A stretch of 64,000 nt of DNA from Octopus sinensis (Eukaryota): NCBI RefSeq assembly GCF_006345805.1, contig NC_043012.1, positions 15,438,001 to 15,502,000 of the forward strand, written 5' to 3'. This document shows positions 26,911-39,776 of this stretch, piece by piece (the stretch's first letter is position 1; the number at the start of each line of letters is the position of its first letter). The notes under the pieces were generated by a model. That model saw only the letters and a program-made list of their open reading frames with translations. It made no database searches and was not told the origin of the DNA. Both the position numbers and the translations under genes were made by a program.

Positions 26911-28770
26911 TTTGTTCTGACATAGGTCCTGTTCTGACATAGGTACTGTTCTGACATAGACCCTGTTCTGACATAGGTCTTGTTCTGACATAGGTCCTGT
27001 TCTGACGTAGACCCTGTTCTGACATAAGTCCTGTTCTGACATAGGTACTGTTCTGACATAGACCTTGTTCTGACATAGGTCCTGTTCTGACATAGGTACT
27101 GTTCTGACATAGGTACTGTTCTGACATAGGTCCTGTTCTGACATAGGTACTGTGCTGACATAGGTACTGTTCTGACATAGGTACTGTTCTGACATAGACC
27201 CTGTTCTGACATAGGTCCTGTTCTGACATAGGTACTGTTCTGACATAGGTACTGTTCTGACATAGGTCCTGTTCTGACATAGGTACTATTCTGACATAGG
27301 TACTGTTCTGACATAGGTACTGTTCTAACATAGGTACTGTTCTATCATAGGTCCTGTTCAGACATAGGTACTGTTCTGACATAGGTCCTGTTCTGACATA
27401 GGTCCTGTTCTGACATAGGTCCTGTTCTGACATAGGTACTGTTCTGACATAGGTCCTGTTCTGACATAGATACTGTTCTGACATAGGGCCTGTTCTAACA
27501 TAGGTACTATTCTGACATAGGTACTGTTCTGATATAGGTACTGTTCTAACATAGGTACTGTTCTGACATAGGTACTGTTCTATCATAGGTCCTGTTATGA
27601 CATAGGTACTGTTCTGACATAGACCCTGTTCTGACATAGGTACTGTTCTGACATAGGTACTGTTCTGACATGGGCCCTGTTCTGACATAGGTCCTGTTCT
27701 GACATAGGTACTGTTCTGACATAGGGCCTGTTCTAACATAGGTACTATTCTGACATAGGTACTGTTCTGACATAGGTACTGTTCTGACATGGGCCCTGTT
27801 CTGACATAGGTACTGTTCTGACATAGGTACTGTTCTGACATAGGTCCTGTTCTGACATAGGTCCTGTTCTGACATAGGTACTGTTCTGACATAGGTACTG
27901 TTCTGACATAGGGCCTGTTCTAACATAGGTACTGTTCTGACATAGGTACTGTTCTGACATGGGCCCTGTTCTGACATAGGTACTGTTCTGACATAGGTAC
28001 TGTTCTGACATAGGTACTGTTCTGACATAGGTACTGTTCTGACATAGGTCCTGTTCTGACGTAGGTACTGTTCTGACATAGGTACTGTTCTAACATAGGT
28101 ACTGTTCTGACATAGGTACTGTTCTATCATAGGTCCTGTTCTGACATAGGTCCTGTTCTGACATAGGTACTGTTCTGACATAGGTACTGTTCTGACATAG
28201 ACCCTGTTCTGACATAGACCCTGTTCTGACATAGGTACTGTTCTGACATGGGCCCTGATCTGACATAGGTCCTGTTCTGACATAGGTCCTGTTCTGACAT
28301 AGGTCCTGTTCTGACATAGGCCCTGTTCTAACATAAGTCCTGTTCTGACATAGGTCCTGTTCTGACATAGGTACTGTTCTGACATAGGTACTGTTCTAAC
28401 ATAGGTACTGTTCTGACATAGGTACTGTTCTATCATAGGTCCTGTTCTGACATAGGTCCTGTTCTGACATAGGTACTGTTCTGACATAGACCCTGTTCTG
28501 ACATAGACCCTGTTCTGACATAGGTACTGTTCTGACATGGGCCCTGATCTGACATAGGTCCTGTTCTGACATAGGTCCTGTTCTGACATAGGTCCTGTTC
28601 TGACATAGGCCCTGTTCTAACATAAGTCCTGTTCTGACATAGGTCCTGTTCTGACATAGGTACTGTTCTGACATAGGTCCTGTTCTGACATAGGTCCTGT
28701 TCTGACATAGGTCCTGTTCTGACATAGGTACTGTTCTGACATAGACCCTGTTCTGACATAGGTACTGTTC
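26911..28770. repeat. 17-bp minisatellite (tgttctgacataggtac/cc), roughly 109 units
   Basis: Direct reading; a rare variant recurs at a 289-bp (17-unit) spacing. Confidence 0.97.
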
Positions 28771-29973
28771 TCTGTGTCAAGTGTTTCACTTGGGGATACA
28801 CCATTTTTAAAAGGGATCTGCAGTTGTGGCAATTTGCTGTGCTTGAGAAGACGTGCCAAGCTTAGTAAAAATTGCTGTCATCCATACATACAAGCTTGTC
28901 TTGTGCCAGTGTCACATGATATGCACTTTTGTCAGTGCTGTGTAAATGCACCTGTGCTGGTGGTATGTAAAAAGCATCCAGTGCACTCTGTAAAGTGGTT
29001 GGTGTTAAGGAGGACATACAGCTGCAGAAATCATGCCACAGTGACAATTGCAGTATGGACAGGCTTCCCGGTTAGTCAGCTCCATGTTAAACCATCCAAC
29101 CGATGACAACAAGGAAAATGGATATTAAACATTGATGATGTATCCAGTTTGTGTCAGCGTGGTCTGACGAGTGCATAAGAATGGATAAATTGATTCTTTT
29201 CTGCTCTGTTTGTTCCACATTAGGTAAATGTATTGCTTTGCAGAGCTACTGCAATAAGGTCGTCGGGTGAATCATTTTCAGCTGCCACCCAAGCCCTGAG
29301 AATCAATTCGATCTTGATAGTCTCCTACTGTCTCACTGCATCTTCACTGCACGATTTGCTTCCTTCTTTGTGGTGTATGGTCTGGTCATGTGTGTACAGT
29401 GTTTGTAGGCAGAGAGAAAGAGAGGGGGAGAGAGAGAGAGAGAGATAGCAAGAGAGATAGATAGATAGAGAGTGACAGAGTAAGAGAGAGAGAGAGTCAG
29501 AGAGAGGAGGAATGATGGGATTATTAGAGGAGTGAGAGGAGAGAGTAAGTTGAAACAGAGAGGGAAGGAAGCAAAGGACGAGAGTGGAGAGCAAGTAGTG
29601 GGTAAGCGTGGAGAGTAAGTAGAGGGTGGGAAAAGAGAGCAAAAGGATATGTGAGGGGGGAAAGTGGGTGGGAGGGTAGGTTGAGGCAAAGAGAAGAGCA
29701 AGTGGAGGGGGAGAGGCGGTTGAGAGTGAAGAGCAGCTGGAAAGTGAAGGAAGAAGGGAGATGAGGATGAACGGGGGTGGGGGGAGACTGGAGATTTATA
29801 GAGAGGAGGAGGTGAAGAGGGAGAGGAGGCTGAGAGTGAATAGTAAGTGGAGATAAAGAGCAGAGCAACTGAAAGGGAGAGGTGGCTGAGAAGAAAGACT
29901 GGAAGGAAACAGAGGGAAGTGAGGGGAGGGGAGGGGATGAAGGTAGTCGGGGGGTGGGGTGGAGGGGTAGATG

Positions 29974-30196
29974 GTGGAGAGTGGAGATTTAATGAATATA
30001 TGAGAGTGGAGAGTGGAGATTTAATGAATATATGAGAGTGGAGAGTGGAGATTTAATGAATATATGAGAGTGGAGAGTGGAGATTTAATGAATATATGAG
30101 AGTGGAGAGTGGAGATTTAATGAATATATGAGAGTGGAGAGTGGAGATTTAATGAATATATGAGAGTGGAGAGTGGAGATTTAATGAATATATGAG
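29974..30196. repeat. 32-bp minisatellite, 7 copies, within a GA-rich tract
   Basis: Unit gagagtggagagtggagatttaatgaatatat with a period of 32. Confidence 0.95.
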
Positions 30197-30199
30197 GGG

Positions 30200-30247
<48 letters not shown>

Positions 30248-30606
30248 GTTGATTGGAAGTGGGGTGTGAAGGAAGGCAAGTAAGTTAAGAGACAAAAGGA
30301 GAGGGGAGGAGTGTGATACTCAAATTACGGGGCAATTCTAGTAGAATAGAGATGGGAGGACAAATATACACCTATTTTCAAAACAATATCTACCAATTTA
30401 TATACACAATAGGTTGAGAGAGAGAGATGAAGAGAGAGAGAGAGATAGAGAGAGAGAGATACTCAATGTTCAGAGAAATTCTAGATGAATAGAAATGGAA
30501 GGACATGTATATATTTATGTGTATCAATAATACAGTGATTGTTTCTTATCAGGAACAAAATGTTTAATAGGACTGCTATAGAAGTGCTCAATTGAAAGAG
30601 ACAAAT

Positions 30607-31350
30607 ATATCAAACTAAAGTTATAGAACAAACAGATATAAGGTCATCCACATAACATTTCATAACTCGAACATTCAATCATAGAAAAGAGATTTAGACT
30701 TCACGGAAGATGGAATATAATTCATCTGTACAAGCATATAAGAAAGTGCGAGAAAAAATGTGTGAATTAAAAGTTAATACTTTAGCGATTAAGAAAAATA
30801 TATTTTTTTTAAAAACTTTTACAACACCTAGAAGGTAAGACGTAAAAATATAGTATAAAGTAATATATATATATATATATAGGTATATAAAAATATATAG
30901 AAAAAAATATAAATATAGGAAGCATATAAAATTATATAATATATAATGTAAAATAAAATAAAGGTTCATTGTTTAGAAAATCTTATAAAATTACTATCGA
31001 ATAAGAGAGGCCTTATAGTTAAAAAAGAGGAAACCATATTTACTAAATTCCCTACGGCCATTTCAGGGGTATATTATTGTGTTTAAAGCACTAGGGTGCA
31101 TCACGCTAATAACTCCTTCATCAGGGGAAAAATAGAGAGACAGACACCATCGCATAGCAGGCTTAACACAATATTGTGTGTTTTCTTATTGAAGCAGTCA
31201 TGCTCAGACGAGCCCATATGCTTGTACAGATGAATTATATTCCATCTTCCGTGATGTCTAAATGTATTTTCTATGATTAAATGTTCGAGTTCTGAAATGT
31301 TATTGGATGACCTTGCATTTGTTTGTTCTATAACTTTAGTTTGATATATT
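30607..31350 (-). mobile_element. Non-autonomous PLE-like element with ~135-bp inverted ends and an internal hammerhead
   Basis: 30607-30742 is the reverse complement of ~31217-31350; partial second copy at 52572-53554. Confidence 0.7.
31048..31130 (-). ncRNA. Type-I hammerhead ribozyme motif (sense, within an HtrL-like intron)
   Basis: Minus strand: ttccc CTGATGA aggagttatt...aatatacccct GAAA tggcc GTA gggaa; stem I ttccc/gggaa. Confidence 0.75.
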
Positions 31351-31841
31351 TATGTGTATACATACATAACACACACTCTCTGTTACTCTATTACTGGCTT
31401 CAGTTGTTAGACTCTGGCCATGCTGGAGCACCACCTTGAACAAATTGACCCCAGGACTTATTCTTTGTAAGCCTAGTACTTATTCTCTCGGTCACTTTTG
31501 CTGAACTGCTAAGTTACGGGGGACATAAACACATCAACATCAGTTGTCAAGTGATGGTGGTGGGGACAAACATAGATACAAGCACACATACAGATACATA
31601 CACATACACACACCCACACACACACATACATACATATATATGTATGTAATGAACAATTTTAAATACTGTTGGATTTCTCTCATAAGGTATTGGAATCTTA
31701 CATATATATACCATTTTGCCTAAAAAATGGATCTACAAATTCAATATCCCTAGATATCTCACATCTATTTTCTTTCCTCCACCTCACTCTCTATTTTGTA
31801 TCCTATCTAAATTAACCATTACTTAACCATCCTCTCACACT

Positions 31842-31893
31842 GTCTCCGATAAAAGGATATAATTAAAAAATATCCTGGAAACAGCTGTAAGAC
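31842..31893 (+). ncRNA. Degenerate hammerhead motif (core CCGATAA)
   Basis: gtct CCGATAA aaggatat...atatcctg GAAA cagct GTA agac; palindromic ACAGCTGT; the core is mutated. Confidence 0.55.
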
Positions 31894-31957
31894 CTTCTCT
31901 CTATAAATGTTCTAATATCTACACAGCCTTGATTTTTTATCTCATTACGCAAAAATT

Positions 31958-31998
<41 letters not shown>

Positions 31999-32059
31999 AC
32001 GCCATGATAGATCGTTTGCTCCTACACGCATTTTTTCTCTCCTTGTTTTTTTCTGTGTA

Positions 32060-32097
32060 TCTTTCTGTCGAAGAGCATAGGCTCGAAACGTAAAAGA
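32060..32097 (+). ncRNA. Ultra-minimal hammerhead variant (core CTGTCGA)
   Basis: tcttt CTGTCGA a gagc atag gctc GAAA c GTA aaaga; all three stems are present in 38 nt. Confidence 0.6.
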
Positions 32098-32727
32098 CTT
32101 GTTCTATTTCTATTCCTGAGCACCATACTAATACATTTGTTTGTCTGTACTCCACCTGCCTTCGTCTTTTGTTTATTTTCGTAAACCTTCCCGTTATATA
32201 TATATATATATATTTATATGAATGGCAGTTTTCTTTCAGTTTCTGTCTGCCAAATCCACACAGAAGGCTTTGGTTGGCCTGAGGCTATAGTGCCAAAGTG
32301 CCATGCATATTATTGGAGCAGTTACTTGTACACACTTAGGCACTCATCCTACAGCTGACCACCCAGCTGTGACATAAACTTGTAAATCATTGGAAAAATT
32401 AAAATTATGTATTTTACCAAGAGGTGTAATGATATGACTCATGGTAAGGTTTGAATTCATTACACTTGCCATGATTTTTATTTACAATTTAAGAAACCAC
32501 ATACACCTATTGAATCCACTGAGTGCCAAAATGTGTTCACCAGCCCCACTTGTTACAACTGTTATCTTATAGCAGCTTCCATTCAATATTCATTATATAT
32601 TTATATGAGTTATATTTTAAGCATGCATCCATCAATGTCCAATGACCTATTCAACAGGTAAACTAATGTTAGCTTCTTGGCTATTTTGTGTCTATAAAAT
32701 AACTGAAAAGTTAACATATTCACGTTT

Positions 32728-33130
32728 AGGTGCAGGAGTGGCTGTGTAGTAAGTAGATTGCTTACCAACCACATGGTTCCGGGTTCAGTCCCACTGCGTG
32801 GCACCTTGGGCAAGTGTCTTCTACTATAGGCTTGGGCCAACCAAAGCCTTGTGAGTGGATTTGGTAGATGGAAACTGAAAGAAGCCCGTCGTATATATGT
32901 ATACATATGTGTGTGGGTGTTTGTATGTCTGTGTTTGTCCCCCCACTCCAACATCACTTGACAACCAATGCTGGTATGTTTATATCCCCGTAACTTAGCG
33001 GTTTGGCAAAAGAGACCAATAGAATAAGTACTAGGCTTACAAAGAATATGTCCTGGGGTCGATTTGCTCGACTAAAAGAAGTGGTGCTCTAGCATGGCTG
33101 CAGTCAACTGGCTGAAACAAGTAAAAGAGT
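32728..33130 (+). mobile_element. tRNA-derived SINE (same family as 2436-2818)
   Basis: Full head-to-tail match. Confidence 0.85.
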
Positions 33131-33599
33131 ATACGAGTTTATGTATTCTAGAGGCGATCAGTTGGGCTGGATACATGTGTCACACTTCACGTGGATGTGA
33201 AGAATATGAGGAGTCTGGTCATTTGATGCCTGTTACAGAATGCTAGTCTTGATAGACAGTGTCTTATCTAGCAAATAAGTTTATCTCTTGATGTCAAAGG
33301 CAAAAGCTAAACACTAACTTTCTGAGTCACAGGTATTTCTCAATGGCATTTGCCATTTATGTCTGAGATACTTGATGTTCATGCAACTCAATCCCAAGAT
33401 CCAAATAATAATGGACATTTGCATTGCCATCAATCTCCAGATACAGCAGGTCATCTAGAAAAGACACAAACAAACACAGATATATTCATGTTCAACCTTC
33501 TATTATTTGTAAAAGAAGAATATATTTCATGAAACAAACTTTCCTCCTTTCAGACAAGTCACATTGTTTCTCCACAAAATAAACAATAGGATTACTGAC

Positions 33600-33673
33600 C
33601 ACATCTTCACTTGGCAGCATTTGTAAATATTTGGGGTCCAATTCAGTTTTAAAGCAGGGAGTCTTGACATAAA
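33600..33673 (-). CDS. HtrL/YibB-family protein, coding exon 2 (stem region)
   Basis: Acceptor attctttttgttag (phase 1), donor GTG|gtcagt (phase 0); phases match both neighbouring exons; encodes (V)YVKTPCFKTELDPKYLQMLPSEDV. Confidence 0.7.
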
Positions 33674-33904
33674 CTAACAAAAAGAATAAGAAACAATTAA
33701 TAATTAGTGTGAAATTATAACAGTAGACAGTTCAAATGTTGCAATACAATAATGATATCTGACTTGAGTCAGGAGAGAGTCTCCAGTGGAAGGATTAACA
33801 ATACTTATCATTTAACTTATCATTTAAAAAGCCAAGTTCAACTAGCATTCTCTCTCTCTCTCTCTCTCTCTCTTTGTATATATATATATATATATATACA
33901 CACA

Positions 33905-34061
33905 CATTATTTACATTATTCACATTTGACATATTTATCCTCATCTTCTTTGTTGTTAACACAACGTTTCAGCTGATGTATTCTCTAACCTTCATCGGGT
34001 GCCCTGGGGGAATTTCAAACCTGGATTCTTATTCCTAAGGTATTTTTTGATGTTATTGATG

Positions 34062-34103
<42 letters not shown>

Positions 34104-35289
34104 TCACTGTCTGGAATCAAACTCAGAATCTTGGGGTTAGTAGCCCACACTCTTAACCACTATGCCATATGTCCTTGGGCAATTATGGAGTGAATTTTAG
34201 GGCTTATAAATCCAATATTTTCCTATCCTTCCTTAATACTGGTTCCCATATGCTACTCATATCTGCACTAGGTCTGCTCAATAAAGCCATCCATACAGTT
34301 CACAATGGAAAAGGAAAAAGACAATCAGCTAGCATTCCTGGACGTATTAATAACACGCACCAAGTATGGGTTCAGGACATCCAAATACCGCAAACTGACC
34401 TTCACTGGATGATACCTCAACTTCAATTCCCACCATCCATACAGTGTAAAGAGAGGGATTGCTCAGTGCCTAAAACATCGAGCAAAGAATATAAGTAGCG
34501 ATCATAATACTCACCATGAAGAAGTGATCAGGCTCAGTAACAATCTATTAAGCAACAACAATCCCCGGAAACATACTCTCCACTCCAATTATGAAGAGAA
34601 GTGAGGATGAAACCGATAAACTGTCCACAGTCTGCCCATCCTATGTGAAAGGCTTCTCCGAAAAGATACAAAAGATATGTGGCCCATATGACATCAGAAC
34701 AGTATTCAAGAGTAATACAACACTTTGCAAATATCTCCTTCGAGTAAAACCACCAAGAGAAGAGAATGTGACCAAAGACTGCGTGTACTCCATCCAATGC
34801 AGCTGTGGTAGGTTATACAGAGGCGAAACATGTCGACCCCTCAAAATAAGGGTAGAGGAACATCGCAAAGCTGTGACACAAGGAGATATTGATAAATCGG
34901 GTATAACTGATCATGTATGGAAAAATGGAGACCACCTCCCCCTGTGGGATGAAGTTAAAATAAAAGGCAGAGAACACCACTGGAAAATACAGAAACTAAA
35001 AGAAGCAGCACATATGTTAGGACACAACAGCCTCCTAAGCAGACCAAGTGTAGATATGAATGGCATATGGGAACCGGAAGGGTAGGAAAATATTAGATTT
35101 ATAAGCCCTAAAATTCACTCCATAATAGCCCACAGGTTAGTGGTTAAGAGCACAGGCTACTAACCCCAAGATTCTGAGTTCAATTCCAGGCAGATGATGA
35201 TGATGAGGAGAACCCAGGTTCGAAATTCCCCCAGGACATCAACTGAAATGTGTTAACAACAAACAAGATGAGGACAAACATCCATCAAA

Positions 35290-35295
<6 letters not shown>
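33905..35295 (+). mobile_element. 5'-truncated Penelope/Poseidon-type retroelement with an inverted pLTR
   Basis: RT thumb IQFTMEKEKDNQLAFLDVLI...YRKLTFTG*YLNFNSHHP, then GIY-YIG (ORF 34591-35085: CVYSIQCSCGRLYRGETCRPLKIRVEEH); 33905-34280 mirrors 35038-35295. Confidence 0.9.
33958..34003 (-). ncRNA. Hammerhead motif in the inverted pLTR (core CCGATGA)
   Basis: Minus strand: ggcac CCGATGA aggttag...cagct GAAA cgt t gtgtt; homologous to 3721-3766. Confidence 0.55.
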
Positions 35296-35328
<33 letters not shown>

Positions 35329-36576
35329 ACATGAAATTCTGGGTTCCCATAGACCAGCCATAACTATCATTATCTAATTACTTTACTTATTCTATACTTG
35401 AAAGGTGAGGAATTATGTACATTTGATGGATGTTTATATATATATCTAATTACTCTACTTACAGTGTGCTTCTCTTTCAGATTTATGATTTACTGACACC
35501 ATATATATATATATATATGTGTGTGTGGTTAACATAAAGTACTATAAAAGCAAGAAGACACATCAATACAATACATATATAATTATACAACTATACTGTA
35601 TGTGTATTACCAACATACTAAAATACATAAATTACATAATATAAAAACATGACCCTTCAAGCTAAAGTTGATTGAATGAAATGGTACAGTGATTGAGTTC
35701 AGATGTACTTCAAGTATTTGTAGTGAGTTTTTGGATATGCTTCAGTTCACAAATATTTTAGTACTACAACTCAGCTCTGTCACGTGACACTTAGGTCCCC
35801 TCCCTTCATTCAAAATTCATAATCTATGCACCTTTTATTCATCGCTATGTTTTACTTTACTCCATCTTGAAGTTCAATATTTCATGTTATCCTAAAGAAC
35901 ATCTTTAAAAGTACAAGTTAAATTTATTTAGGTCTGTTACAAATTTCAATAAGTAAAATTTCCTGATATGAATAAAAGAGCACTTTTATAATCCAGGCAA
36001 CTTTCGAAGACAAATACGGCACACTTTTCTCACTTCACAAAATCATTGATCAGTTCAGAATAGTGAAGCTGAGAGCTAAGTTCATGTCTGATAGATATCA
36101 TAGGCAATCCACAAAGTCTGGTACATGTTCATGGTACAACGTAATATTTTTACAAGAACCTTTGCAGGTACGATGTATTACCATTTTATTTCTTGAAATT
36201 TTCAGTTAACATAGATAGTTTAATTCACGTTCAACATCTTAACCAAAGTAAATAGACGACCCATCTATGTACTTTGATCCAAACATGGGGCCCCTCAACT
36301 GCAGGGGTTGCAGGGGCTTAGCAACATTCCTGCCACAACTAGATAATAATCCTTTCTGCTATAGACACAAGACCTGAATATTGCAGGGGGGAGGTTAGTT
36401 GATTACATTGACCCTGCTACTCAACTGGTACTTATTTTATCAACCCTGAAAGGACGAAAGGCAATGTTGACCTTGACGGCATTTGAACTCAGAATGTTAA
36501 GCTGGAAGAAATGCTGCAAAGTATTTTGTTCAATGATTCTTGATAGCTCACAGCCTTAGACAACTCGATAATAATA

Positions 36577-37142
36577 TTGGGTTGTCCGGAAAGTTCGTGC
36601 CGATTTTTAAAGGAAAGAAAAAGGTCAATAAATACTTTCCATTATATTTTTAATCAACCAAATATGAACCATTTTGTTGCACAATGCATCTCCATCTTTC
36701 CTTTAACTTGAAAATACCCTCTTCCCAGAATTGAGGTGGTTTCATGGCAAAGAATTTATCAAGGTATCTTTTTACGTCATCCAAGAAATTGAAATTTTTA
36801 CCATTAAAACTATTCTGCAGAGACCTGAATAAGTGGAAATCCGAAGGAGCAATATCTGGTGTATATGGAGGTTGGGGTAACACATCCCAGCCAAGCTGCA
36901 GCAATTTTTGTCTGGTTCCCAAAGCATCAAGTGCCGAAAATGAACTTTCTTATCTTCCATTTTAAAGGGTTACAAAATTAACACAGGTTATAGGAACATA
37001 AACCTTCTTCCACGAAAAGATAGCTTAAACTGTGCTCTAAATGGAGGTGTAGTCAAATCCCATTTTATGGACTCAACCATGTTCTAAAATACGTCGAAAG
37101 GTAAGCTCCTATAAATCGGCACGAACTTTCCAGACAACCCAA
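36577..37142 (-). mobile_element. Internally deleted mariner (566 bp)
   Basis: TIR ttgggttgtccggaaagttcgtgccgattt at both ends with TA TSD; MEDKKVHFRHLMLW joined to ...YTPDIAPSDFHLF. Confidence 0.95.
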
Positions 37143-38303
37143 TAGAAAGACTGACAAAGAGATCAAAGCAAACTAGGAGTTACGGGTGTAGTGTTGTTCA
37201 AGAACATGTAGTAATATTTACACTCTTCCTAAAAGTGGCAAACTGGAAGAGTTGTTAGCAAAATGCTTAGTGTTTTATCTGAGTTCAAATTCTGTTGAGG
37301 CCAACTTTTCATTTCATCTTTTTGTATAAATTTGTACCAGTTGATCCCTAGGGTTTAGGTAATCAACATAGCCCCTCCCCTGAAATTGCTGGCCTTGTTC
37401 TAAAATTTGAAATCAATATTTACATTCTTCCTGCTTAGCACAAAGTGGCTATTAGGCAAGATGCTGTATTTAGTGTCTTCAAGGATAGTCACTGATGTGA
37501 AATGTGGAAAGTAGCTGCATTTAGTGAAGTAAATAACTCTACTTTTGTTGATATACAACCACTACCCTTCCTTTCATCCCCTATTCCACCCCCACCTCTA
37601 CCAACAGTACTTCATCACTGCATCACCAGGTCTCTTCTCTTTCAAATGTAGCCCTCCTCTATCACTCCTTTTTCCTACTACAACTATGTTGCTAACATTC
37701 TCCTCATACACACTCTCCCTCTTCTATTCCTCTTCTCAGTCACGTAGTCATGATAAACAGAGGCAACTGACACTCTGTCAGTTACAACGTTAAGTGTCCC
37801 CAATGGCTTGATCAACAAAAAGGCCTGCTTGTGAAATCAACATGCAAGTGGCTGAGCACTCTGCAAACATGCATACCCTTAACATAGATCTCGGAGAGAT
37901 TCAGCATGACAGAGAATATGACAATGCTGGCCCCTTTGAATTACAGCTGAATAGACAGTAACATAGTGAAATAAAGTGTTTTGCTCCAAGACACATCATC
38001 CTACCTGAAATTGAACTCATGACCTTAGGATCATAAGCAAGATAGCCCTAACCGCTAAATCACATGCCTTTGCAAACAGAGACAACACAAGGTAACTTTT
38101 CTAGTATGGGTACTGCAGTAAAATGTATCCAGAACATTCTGTAAAGAGGGTGGGCATTAATAGTTGTAATCCAGATAAGGAATGACTTGGATCATGATGG
38201 CCAATCCAAGCCATGCCGGAGAAAGTGGATGCAAAATGATGATGAAGATAATGATGATAAAGATGATAATTAAAACAAACAGATGAACGTAAGGACCACT
38301 TAC

Positions 38304-38406
38304 CTAGCCACAATGTTACTAGAAGAATAATAAGCGTTATAACTGCAACACGGGGTCTCTGTAAACACAAGCCATATTTGGAATGCCAACATTTTAAAAT
38401 CCTCAT
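38304..38406 (-). CDS. HtrL/YibB-family protein, coding exon 1 (cytosolic tail and signal anchor)
   Basis: MRILKCWHSKYGLCLQRPRVAVITLIILLVTLWL, donor G|gtaagt; an acceptor tttctag 19 nt upstream of the ATG suggests a 5'-UTR exon further upstream. Confidence 0.75.
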
Positions 38407-39016
38407 TGCACTGTATCTCTTTAGGCTAGAAATATCAAACCAGATACAAACATGTCGCTTGTCAGTTCAGATATTATTTTTTTACCAACTTAATGGTAAG
38501 TCATTAGATATGTCAGTTGATCAAAGTTTAACATAACAATTTAATAATGAAATGAAACCAATGTAAAGATTAATTAGAAACCAACCCACCTACACCACAC
38601 CTGGTTCTATGATTTAAAATGCTTCAGCTATGGAGTTTCAAAAAAGAGAATAAACCTCTAAGACTTGTAGTATTAGTTTGCTGTATCTCATGAGGATTGC
38701 ATTGAGCTGACATTAACCAAGACATAATTTTTCATATTTCAGAATAACTGGCAGAAAATTAATTAGCAATGATGTGGAGATTTCTTCGTTTGATTACAGC
38801 CTGATCCACAATGAAAGCTACAAAATTATATCTTCAGTAAAGGCTCTTTCAAAGAACAGCTGAAATAAAGGCTAATATGAAGGTTTTAAGAATGAACACT
38901 GCATATTTCAGATATTAAGATTCACAAGAAATAATGTAAGTTTTCATCAGATATGATTAATTTGATAGTATTACTTCTCTACAGTCAAACAATCATTCTT
39001 AAAATTAAAGCTTTAA

Positions 39017-39164
39017 CCCTTTCGTTACCAATCTCAGCTGAAAACAATTTATATTCCTAACATGAGCCGAATGATAACTAAGTTATTTTACTAAATTTTT
39101 TGTTATATTTAAAGTAATTGAAAGAAACACAGAGCATCTCAAAATAAATACAGTAATGAAAGGG
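39017..39164. mobile_element. piggyBac-type MITE
   Basis: TTAA|ccctttcgttac ... gtaatgaaaggg|TTAA. Confidence 0.75.
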
Positions 39165-39742
39165 TTAATGAGTCATGGAAATATGCCACACTGAATAACT
39201 GCCAAGCAGAAGATAAATTTTATTGTGTAAAAATATGTTTCTTTAGCTTAGGGGAATCTTTGCTTGGTTTTAATTTCATGATATCAATTTGATAAGAATA
39301 ACTCTACTCACTGATGGGATAACTTTACATTAGATAACATTCCCAGAATATTGGATATCTATTCCCAACAACTTGGTGAATTGAAGCTCATAGAAAGAAG
39401 TGAAGAACTTTAGTAATGCAATACCATACACACTCTGCTATTTCACTTCTACAAGAGAAACATTTTGGAAAAAGCAAAAATCACAAAATGCTTTTATTTC
39501 AGCCTAGAGTTATTTGATTATATTTGAGAATGACACAACCTCATTTTTGCTACCACCAAATACACAAAACTTTGATGTGAGTGGAAATGAATATTATTGC
39601 ATTTATTATCATACATTAACATTATCATAACTTAAGTATAGAAGGTGGAGGATGTGTATGGGGTGGAATGAAATGAAGTGGTCTTGTGAAAGAGGATCAC
39701 CTCATTTCTAACTTTATATTTTACAGTATTGTGTTATATATA

Positions 39743-39774
<32 letters not shown>

Positions 39775-39776
<2 letters not shown>

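Noticed and set aside
26819-28859. Long ORFs (357 aa, 347 aa) of MSEQYLCQN repeats; CRISPR-like regularity
   Set aside because: These are translations of a stop-free 17-bp tandem unit. There are no unique spacers and no cas genes.
35640-36240. Possible DNA-transposase remnant
   Set aside because: No motif or TIR could be identified with confidence
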